Under the pieces are notes generated by a model. That model worked only from the letters and a program-made list of their open reading frames with translations, was not told the DNA's origin and did not search any database. Below are positions 34,024 to 40,561 of a stretch of 40,561 nt of DNA, piece after piece. The stretch's first letter is position 1. Each line of letters starts with the position of its first letter. The stretch covers positions 1-40,561 of the forward strand of contig CAIOTP010000263.1 of NCBI GenBank assembly GCA_903861235.1. The letters are read 5' to 3'. The DNA is from an uncultured bacterium. GTDB taxonomy: Bacteria > Planctomycetota > Phycisphaerae > Phycisphaerales > SM1A02. The position numbers and the translations under genes were made by a program.

Positions 34024-36222
34024 TCAGTCGCGCTCCTTGAAGCGGCGGGCGCGCTGGTCGCGCTTCTCCTGGGCCCGCTTCATGGCGGCCTCGTAGAGCT
34101 TGCCCAGCCGGTCCTGCTTGGCGGGATCCCGCTTGCGCGGCGCCAGCAGATCCATGGTCTCGATCTGCCTGCGGATCCGCTTGCCCTCCACGATGCCGAT
34201 GCAGGTGCTCGTCATGATGTAGAGCGTCAGGCCGCTCGGCGCCGAATACAGCATGATGGGGAAGAGGATCACCGACATCCACTTCATCATCACCTGCTGC
34301 TGCTGCTGCTCGGGCGTCAGGTTCGCGGTGGGTGGCGGGGCCAGGTACTTCTGCTGGGCCCAGAACAGCAGACCCATGAGCAGCGGCACCAGATTGACGC
34401 TGGAGAAGGTGAAAGGCCAGGTGAAGAGCGGCGCCTGGAACTCCCAGAACCGGTCAGGCGCGCTCAGGTCTCCCAGGAACCGCCAGCCACCGAGGTGCTG
34501 GAAGCCCCCGAAGAAGGCCGGCTGCTGCCACAGGTCGAAGTCGAAGTAGAGCACCGCGTAGAGCGCGATCCAGATGGGCATCTGCAGGAAGGTGGGGAGC
34601 ATGCCACCCACGCATCCGGCCGGATTGACGCCCTTCTCGCGGTACAGCCGCATCTGCTCCTGCTGCAGACGCTTGGGGTCGCTGGCGTAGCGCTTCTGCA
34701 AGGCGTCCAGTTCGGGCTTGATGGCCGCCATGCCCTTGGTCACCCGGGCCATCTGCACCTGGCTGTACTTGGTGACCGGGTGCAGCAGGAAGCGCACCAC
34801 GATCACCAGCACGATGATCGCCAGGCTCCAGTCGAACACCACGTGATCGTGCAGGAAGGTCAGCACCATCACGATCAGGTTGGCCAGCCACGAGAAGGTG
34901 CAGAAGCTGCAGCATCCGCTGATCAGGTAGAGGATCAGGCCGTCCATCCGGAGCGCGGAGAACGGTTCCACACCGCCAAGAAGCTTCGGATCGAGCGGGC
35001 CCGGGAAGACGCCCATGTCGAAGGAGGCGGCGCCGCCCGCCGGCACCTCCACCACGGCGCTCCGCAGCTCCGTGAAGGCCACCCGCTCGGCGGTGCCCGC
35101 CGCCGGATCCGCCACCGCCCAGACTTCCTGCACGGGCGAGAGCACCTTGCCCTGCGGGCCCGCAGGATCAAGCGCGTGCACCGCCAGCGAGAAGTACCGG
35201 TTCGTGGTGCCGTACCAGCTCAGCTCGAAGCCCTGGGCCTTCTGATCCGGCTGCGGCCACAGGATCGAGCTGTGGGTCGGATCGGCGTCGGTCCTCTTGA
35301 GCACGTCGGCACGGTCGAAAACCGCACCATGCACGATCACGGACTGACGCTGCGGATCCCGCTGCGGGCTGTACAGATAGCCGAACTGGTACCGCCGGAT
35401 GTCGAGCATGCTCCCGCGGCCGGGCCGCGTGGAGATCTCCGCGGGCAGGTCGGCGGGCCCGTACTGGATCCACCGCACCTTCAGCGAGCGGTCCGTGAGA
35501 TTCCGCGCCGACTGCGCAATCCGAAGGTCGAAACCGCCGCCGGCCGGCGCGATGGAGAAGGTCCGCTCGATCCGAAGCAGCGCGGCGCCTTGCTCCGAAG
35601 CCACCTCGGTGACGAAGGATCCCGGTCCCGCCGGCGCCCACACCTGCCCGTACAGGCTCACCGCCGCTCCGTCGATCTCGACGGCGCGGGCCGCGAGCAT
35701 GGGAATGGGGTAGCCCTGAAGCGAACCGAACGCCGCCAAGGCGTAGCGCTCGGAGTCCGGCGGCATGGCCGGCGGCTGGGCGTCGCCTCGCTTCACCGCC
35801 TCGGCATGCAGCCGGGCCTGCTCGTGCGCCTCGCCACTGGTCCAGAACTCGCTGAAGGTGATGTTGGCGATGCCCGCGCTGTTGTCGGAGAAGTCCACTC
35901 GGAAGCGGTGCGTCGCGGGGTCGAGCGAGCCGATCGAGGCCGGCGCGGCGGCGGCCGATCCCTCGGGCCTTCGGGCGCGCAGTCCGGTGACCGGTGCAGG
36001 TTCCGCGGCGGGCGCGGCAGTGGACGACGGCGCCTGCGGCGCGACAGCCGGGGCGGAAGCGGGAGTCTCGGACTTGGCGGCATCGACCGTCACCGGAGCC
36101 GGTGCGGCGGCGGGATCCGCCTTGCGGGCGCCGGGGCCATAGATGGCCGACAGCACCACGCCTCCGGCAGCGACCAGCACCGCCAGAAGGATGGGCCACC
36201 GCGGCGCCTTTCGGGGTTCCAT
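34024..36222 (-). CDS. yidC: Membrane protein insertase YidC (732 aa)
   Basis: N-terminal TM, a large periplasmic domain, then the conserved core IKPELDALQKRYASDPKRLQQEQMRLYREKGVNPAGCVGGMLPTFLQMPIWIALY. A basic C-terminal tail follows. Confidence 0.92.
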   Translation of the reverse strand: MEPRKAPRWPILLAVLVAAGGVVLSAIYGPGARKADPAAAPAPVTVDAAKSETPASAPAVAPQAPSSTAAPAAEPAPVTGLRARRPEGSAAAAPASIGSLDPATHRFRVDFSDNSAGIANITFSEFWTSGEAHEQARLHAEAVKRGDAQPPAMPPDSERYALAAFGSLQGYPIPMLAARAVEIDGAAVSLYGQVWAPAGPGSFVTEVASEQGAALLRIERTFSIAPAGGGFDLRIAQSARNLTDRSLKVRWIQYGPADLPAEISTRPGRGSMLDIRRYQFGYLYSPQRDPQRQSVIVHGAVFDRADVLKRTDADPTHSSILWPQPDQKAQGFELSWYGTTNRYFSLAVHALDPAGPQGKVLSPVQEVWAVADPAAGTAERVAFTELRSAVVEVPAGGAASFDMGVFPGPLDPKLLGGVEPFSALRMDGLILYLISGCCSFCTFSWLANLIVMVLTFLHDHVVFDWSLAIIVLVIVVRFLLHPVTKYSQVQMARVTKGMAAIKPELDALQKRYASDPKRLQQEQMRLYREKGVNPAGCVGGMLPTFLQMPIWIALYAVLYFDFDLWQQPAFFGGFQHLGGWRFLGDLSAPDRFWEFQAPLFTWPFTFSSVNLVPLLMGLLFWAQQKYLAPPPTANLTPEQQQQQVMMKWMSVILFPIMLYSAPSGLTLYIMTSTCIGIVEGKRIRRQIETMDLLAPRKRDPAKQDRLGKLYEAAMKRAQEKRDQRARRFKERD

Positions 36223-36225
36223 GGT

Positions 36226-37008
36226 TCAGCGTCCCTGCGTCAATCGCTCGCCAAGCCAGTTGTCGAGCTTCTCGATGCTGAAGATCTTCGCCTTGACGGC
36301 GTCGATGTCGTAGGGAATCCGGAAGAACTTGACGGACCTGGGCCGGTCATCGACCTCCATGATCGCGTAGCTCGCCTCGGGAATGGTGTCCCGCGGCTGG
36401 CCCACGGATCCGGGGTTCACGATGACCTTCTCGCCTTCACGGAAGGTGAAGGTGCTTTCCGGCATGTCCGCCACTTTCACGAAGTCGTCGGTGATGAACA
36501 CGCCCGGCACGTGCGTGTGACCCACCAGGCAGATCCACTCGAACCGGTCGAAGATGGGCTGCATCCTCTGCGATCGCGGCCCGTCCTCGGGAAAGATGTA
36601 TTCGTTGATCGGTTTTCGCGGCGAGCCGTGCACGGCCAGGAACGGTCCTTCCTTCACGCGCACCCGAAGCTTGCCGAGGAACTCCCAGAGCCTGGAGCCA
36701 CGCTGCTGGTTCCGCTGCGTCTCCGCCTCGAACTGCTCACGCGTCCAGTAGGCAGCCTGCTCGGCGGCCCGATTGAAGTTGGTGGGTTCGTAGAGCGCCG
36801 CGTAGTCGTGGTTGCCCAGCAGGCTCCAGTCGCACCGCTGCGCCACCAGCTCCACGCACTCCACCGGGTTGGGTCCGTAGCCGATGATGTCGCCCAGACA
36901 CCAGATCCGGTCGCCCGCCTTCGTGTCGATCTGGCGGTCGATGTCCGCCAGGACCGTCTGGAGGGCCTCGAGATTGCCGTGGATGTCACTGATCAGGGCG
37001 ATGCGCAC
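36226..37008 (-). CDS. Calcineurin-like metallophosphoesterase (YfcE/MJ0936-type), 260 aa
   Basis: Motifs SDIHGN, GDIIGYG, GNHD and GHTH. GTG start at 37008. Its stop lies 3 nt upstream of the yidC start. Confidence 0.85.
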   Translation of the reverse strand: MRIALISDIHGNLEALQTVLADIDRQIDTKAGDRIWCLGDIIGYGPNPVECVELVAQRCDWSLLGNHDYAALYEPTNFNRAAEQAAYWTREQFEAETQRNQQRGSRLWEFLGKLRVRVKEGPFLAVHGSPRKPINEYIFPEDGPRSQRMQPIFDRFEWICLVGHTHVPGVFITDDFVKVADMPESTFTFREGEKVIVNPGSVGQPRDTIPEASYAIMEVDDRPRSVKFFRIPYDIDAVKAKIFSIEKLDNWLGERLTQGR

Positions 37009-37084
37009 GCGTGTTTCCGGGGAAGGGCGGCGATGCTAGGGCGAGCGGCCTGCACCGTCAAAGAACGGCCGATGTCGCCGGGGA

Positions 37085-38842
37085 TCAGGTTCGAGGATGA
37101 CCCGTGACCAGTCCCCGCACCGCCGCGAGCAGAGCTTCCCGATCCACCGGCTTGCTGATGTGCTGGTCGCATCCCGCCTGCAGGCAGCGCTCGCGGTCAC
37201 CCGAACCTGCATGGGCCGTCAGCGCGGCGATGGGTCCCCTCCAGCCCGCGGATCGGAGCTGACGCGTGGCCTCGTAGCCGTCCATCTCCGGCATCTGCAT
37301 GTCCATGAGCACCACGTCGTGCGGCTGACCCTGCCGAAGCGCCGTGGTCGCCAGCAGCACCGCCTCACGACCGTTCTGGGCCACGGTGACCCGGAAACCG
37401 GCCTTGCGGAGGTGATGCGTGATCAGGCGCTGGTTGTCCACGCCGTCCTCGGCCAGCAGCACGTGTGCGGCGTGGTCGGGCGGAGCGGATGCCTGCGCCC
37501 CTTCGCGCGTCTCGTGCAGCATGCGCTCCAGAAGCGTGCCTTCGTCCACGGTGCCGGTGCCCACCTCGACCGTGAAGGTGCTTCCCCGTCCGGGCACGCT
37601 CTCCACATGGATGTCGCCTCCCAGCATCCGTGACAGCCGGCGGCTGATCGCCAGACCCAGGCCGGTGCCGCCGAACCTGCGCGTGGTCGAGGCGTCACCC
37701 TGCACGAACGGCTCGAACAGGCCTTCGATCTGTTCGGCCGCGATTCCAGGACCGGTGTCGATCACCCGGAACTGAAGACGGCTCGCCTCGGCCTGCGCCT
37801 GGGGCGAGCCCGCGTCGCCGCGCGGACCCAGGCCGCCCCGGATCCATCGCACCTCCACCTGCACGCCGCCGTGGTCCGTGAACTTCACCGCGTTGCCGAC
37901 CAGGTTCATCAGGATCTGCCGAAGGCGGTACGGATCGCTCTGGATCGTGGCCGGCACGGGACCCTTGGGCGCGCCCTGCAGGTCCAGACCCTTGGCCCGG
38001 GCCGTGGGCTGCAGCGCCGCCAGCACATGCGCCAGCGTGCCCAACGCGGGGGTGGGCACCCGCTCCACCGTCATGCCACCGGCGTCGATCTTGGACAGGT
38101 CGAGCACGTCGTTCACGATCGCCAACAGGTGCTCTCCGCTTCGACGGATGGCCTCGCCGTGCTCCCGACGCTCCGAATCGGTCAGCGACTCGTCCAGCAC
38201 GAGCGGGATCGAGAGCACGATGGCGTTCATGGGGGTGCGGATCTCGTGGCTCATGTTCGCCAGGAACATGCCGCGGCTCTCGGTGGCGGCCTCGGCCTCG
38301 ATCCGCGCCTGTCGCAGGGCCTCGTTCTGTCGGAGCAGCTCGGCGCGGGCCGTTTCCAGTTCCCTCGCCACGCGCGCCTGGTTCTCGAAGGCCGCCGCAA
38401 GCTGGTCGCTGGCGGTCATGGCCAGCTGGTCGCGCGCAGCGGAAAGCGGCCACTCGTTCAGCGTGCCCGAGAGCCGCACCGCCGAGCCCGCGTGGAACTC
38501 GGCGGAGCCCTTCACCCGCATCCAGCACCAGAGGCCGTCGCCTCTCCGCATGCGGCACTCCAGATCCATGCGCGCCCGGGAGTCGGCGTGCTCGGCCAGA
38601 CCGATGGCGCCGAACACGCGCTGCCGGTCCTCCGGGTGGATGTGCGTCAGGAAGCTCTCGAAGGTGTCGGGAAAGGTCTCGCGCGTGTGACCCAGAAGCG
38701 CCCGAAAGCCGGCCGAGTACCACGCGGCCCGGTCCGTCAGGTTCCAGACCCAGATCCCCATGCCGGCCGCCACCACCGCCCCCGCGATGCGTGCGGGGTC
38801 TTCGGATGACTCGCTGGAGGCAACGGGTTCCATCGGTTCCAC
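37085..38842 (-). CDS. Cytoplasmic hybrid sensor histidine kinase / response regulator (PAS-HisKA-HATPase-REC), about 585 aa
   Basis: H box [12 protein letters not shown] box [11 protein letters not shown]1 DTGPGI and G2 [10 protein letters not shown]. The receiver has VLLAEDG...[14 protein letters not shown]...ISKP. Start is GTG 38842 or ATG 38833. Confidence 0.9.
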   Translation of the reverse strand: MEPMEPVASSESSEDPARIAGAVVAAGMGIWVWNLTDRAAWYSAGFRALLGHTRETFPDTFESFLTHIHPEDRQRVFGAIGLAEHADSRARMDLECRMRRGDGLWCWMRVKGSAEFHAGSAVRLSGTLNEWPLSAARDQLAMTASDQLAAAFENQARVARELETARAELLRQNEALRQARIEAEAATESRGMFLANMSHEIRTPMNAIVLSIPLVLDESLTDSERREHGEAIRRSGEHLLAIVNDVLDLSKIDAGGMTVERVPTPALGTLAHVLAALQPTARAKGLDLQGAPKGPVPATIQSDPYRLRQILMNLVGNAVKFTDHGGVQVEVRWIRGGLGPRGDAGSPQAQAEASRLQFRVIDTGPGIAAEQIEGLFEPFVQGDASTTRRFGGTGLGLAISRRLSRMLGGDIHVESVPGRGSTFTVEVGTGTVDEGTLLERMLHETREGAQASAPPDHAAHVLLAEDGVDNQRLITHHLRKAGFRVTVAQNGREAVLLATTALRQGQPHDVVLMDMQMPEMDGYEATRQLRSAGWRGPIAALTAHAGSGDRERCLQAGCDQHISKPVDREALLAAVRGLVTGHPRT

Positions 38843-38956
38843 GCGCCGCGCGGACGCGCCATCGCGGCACCGCTACGATAGCCGCCCGCGCCGGAACCGC
38901 CGTGGCCCGTGGGGGCCGCCGGAGCGCCGGCGAAACCCGTTCGGAGACCCACGACC

Positions 38957-40465
38957 ATGGCCACCAGCCCCGCAGCCGGAGCTTCCAAGGACCACTTCGA
39001 CCTCGTCGTCATCGGGGGCGGCCCCGGCGGCTACGTGGGCGCCATCCGCGCGGCCCAGATGGGCAAGCGCGTGGCCTGCGTGGAACGCAACAAGCTCGGT
39101 GGCGTCTGCCTGAACTGGGGCTGCATTCCCACCAAGGCGCTGCTGCACACCGCCAAGGTCTACTCCGAGGCGTTCGGCCACGGCGCGGACATGGGCTTCG
39201 AGGTCGACCCCAAGTCCGTGAAGGTGAACTGGGAGAAGGTCATCGGCCGCAGCCGCGGCGTGACCACGCAGCTCAACAGCGGCATCGGCTTCCTGTTCAA
39301 GAAGAACAAGATCGAGCATGTGCAGGGCCATGCGAAGATCCTGAGCGGCAAGTCCGGTTCGGGCCCCTGCAAGGTGCAGGTCTCGACCGCGGACGAGAAC
39401 TACTACGCGGGCACGGGCAAGGCCGGCGCGGGCGACCGCGTGATCACCGCCGACCACGTGCTCATCGCCACCGGCGCGGCGCCGCGGCAGCTGCCCTTCG
39501 CCCCCAACGACGGCAAGACCATCATCAGCAGCTACGAGGCCATGGTGCTGCCGAAGAAGCCCGAGAGCATGGTGGTCGTGGGCAGCGGCGCCATCGGCAT
39601 GGAGTTCGCCTACTTCTACAACGCCTTCGGCACCAAGGTGACCGTGGTCGAGATGGTCGACCGCATCCTGCCGCTGGAGGACGCCGACATCAGCAAGGCC
39701 GCGCAGAAGATCTTCGAGAAGCAGGGCATCGTGTTCCGCACCGGCTGGGGCACCAAGGCCATCGAGAAGACCGCCAAGGGCGCCAAGGTCACGCTGGAGA
39801 GCGCCACGGACAAGAAGACCGAGACCATCGAGTGCGAGGTGGTGCTGGTGGCCATCGGCGTGCAGGGTCGCACCGACGGCCTGTTCGAAGCGAGCCTGGG
39901 CCTGAAGATGGACAAGGGCCTGATCGTGACCGACTACCGCGACAGGAAGGACAAGGCCACCTACCAGACCAGCGTGCCGGGCGTGTACGCCATCGGCGAC
40001 GTGATCGGCCCGCCGGCCCTGGCCCACGTGGCCAGCGAGGAGGCGGTCACCGCGGTCGAGCGCATGTTCGGCCACCACACCATCGGCATCGACTACGACG
40101 CCATCCCCGGCGCCACCTACTGCAACCCGCAGGTGGCCAGCGTGGGCATGACCGAGCAGGCCGCCAAGGAGAAGGGCCTGAAGTACCACGTGGGCATGTA
40201 CCAGCTCAAGAGCCACGGCAAGGCGATCGCCGACGGCGCCAACGAGGGCCTGGTGAAGGTGATCACGAGCGAGCCGTACGGAGAGATCCTCGGCGCGCAC
40301 ATCGTGGGCGAGAACGCGAGCGAGCTCATCCACGAGATCTGCGTGGCCAAGCGACTCGAGGCGACCGCCGAGGACATCATCACCACCATGCACGCCCACC
40401 CGACCATGGCCGAGAGCATCCACGAGGCGGTGCTGGCGACCGAGGGTCGGATGATCCACGGGTGA
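38957..40465 (+). CDS. lpdA: Dihydrolipoyl dehydrogenase (E3), 502 aa
   Basis: FAD motif VVIGGGPGGY, redox-active disulfide GGVCLNWGCIPTK, NAD motif VVVGSGAIGMEF, and C-terminal HAHPTMAE. I prefer ATG 38957 over the upstream ORF start at 38909. Confidence 0.93.
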   Translation: MATSPAAGASKDHFDLVVIGGGPGGYVGAIRAAQMGKRVACVERNKLGGVCLNWGCIPTKALLHTAKVYSEAFGHGADMGFEVDPKSVKVNWEKVIGRSRGVTTQLNSGIGFLFKKNKIEHVQGHAKILSGKSGSGPCKVQVSTADENYYAGTGKAGAGDRVITADHVLIATGAAPRQLPFAPNDGKTIISSYEAMVLPKKPESMVVVGSGAIGMEFAYFYNAFGTKVTVVEMVDRILPLEDADISKAAQKIFEKQGIVFRTGWGTKAIEKTAKGAKVTLESATDKKTETIECEVVLVAIGVQGRTDGLFEASLGLKMDKGLIVTDYRDRKDKATYQTSVPGVYAIGDVIGPPALAHVASEEAVTAVERMFGHHTIGIDYDAIPGATYCNPQVASVGMTEQAAKEKGLKYHVGMYQLKSHGKAIADGANEGLVKVITSEPYGEILGAHIVGENASELIHEICVAKRLEATAEDIITTMHAHPTMAESIHEAVLATEGRMIHG

Positions 40466-40561
40466 CGGGCAGGAGCCGGGTGATCGGAGTTCGGGGGCGG
40501 CAGTGACTGTGGGTTCGACCGCTCCGCCCACGACATGACCCGCACGCGGACGCCTCGGCTC

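Noticed and set aside
33814-37107. 1097-aa ORF on the + strand
   Set aside because: It is antisense to mnmE, yidC and the metallophosphoesterase, all motif-supported, and its composition is low complexity.
38909-38956. Upstream start for lpdA at 38909
   Set aside because: It adds 16 Ala/Pro/Arg-rich residues. ATG 38957 gives a normal spacing to the GGGPGGY FAD motif.
1-40561. Search for CRISPR arrays, tRNA/rRNA genes, IS elements, integrases, toxin-antitoxin pairs or known defence genes
   Set aside because: No intergenic region exceeds about 115 bp. There are no spaced direct repeats, no cloverleaf-capable gaps, and no transposase, integrase or recombinase motifs in any supported ORF.

Overview
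This is a gene-dense, high-GC bacterial chromosomal segment, roughly 70% GC by eye. The repeated DCNxNGxxDxCE motifs, dockerin-like C-terminal tails, FGE-domain and YHYH proteins, and weak Shine-Dalgarno signals suggest a Planctomycetota/Phycisphaerae-like organism; that is an inference, not a database result.

I call 35 CDS. I found no tRNA, rRNA, CRISPR array, transposase or integrase, and no intergenic gap exceeds about 115 bp.

Motif-supported housekeeping genes:
- lepB, der, mnmE, yidC, gpmI, tmk, yggS, lpdA
- an aldehyde dehydrogenase, a PSP1/RicT-like protein and a hybrid histidine kinase

Six gene pairs share 1-4 nt start/stop overlaps. Several convergent pairs share or abut their stop codons.

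Most interesting candidates for undescribed biology:
1. A trio of small membrane proteins at 10.5-11.8 kb: DUF2752 zinc-ribbon, GYF-CD225/IFITM-like and DUF4190-like.
2. An envelope-glycan cluster at 0.65-6.6 kb. It holds a GT9 gene translationally coupled to a GtrA-ArnT/PMT-like fusion, next to a membrane-anchored BNR sialidase-like protein coupled to a polytopic membrane protein. The latter pair has the architecture of the two-component Kdo hydrolase.
3. A full aldehyde dehydrogenase followed by a paralog that lacks the catalytic domain.
4. A YHYH-FGE secreted pair carrying a dockerin-like tail.
5. A yidC-mnmE operon that continues into a thioesterase, a DciA-like protein, an orphan ABC ATPase and an unknown 263-aa protein.

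All family assignments come from reading motifs by eye; no searches were run.
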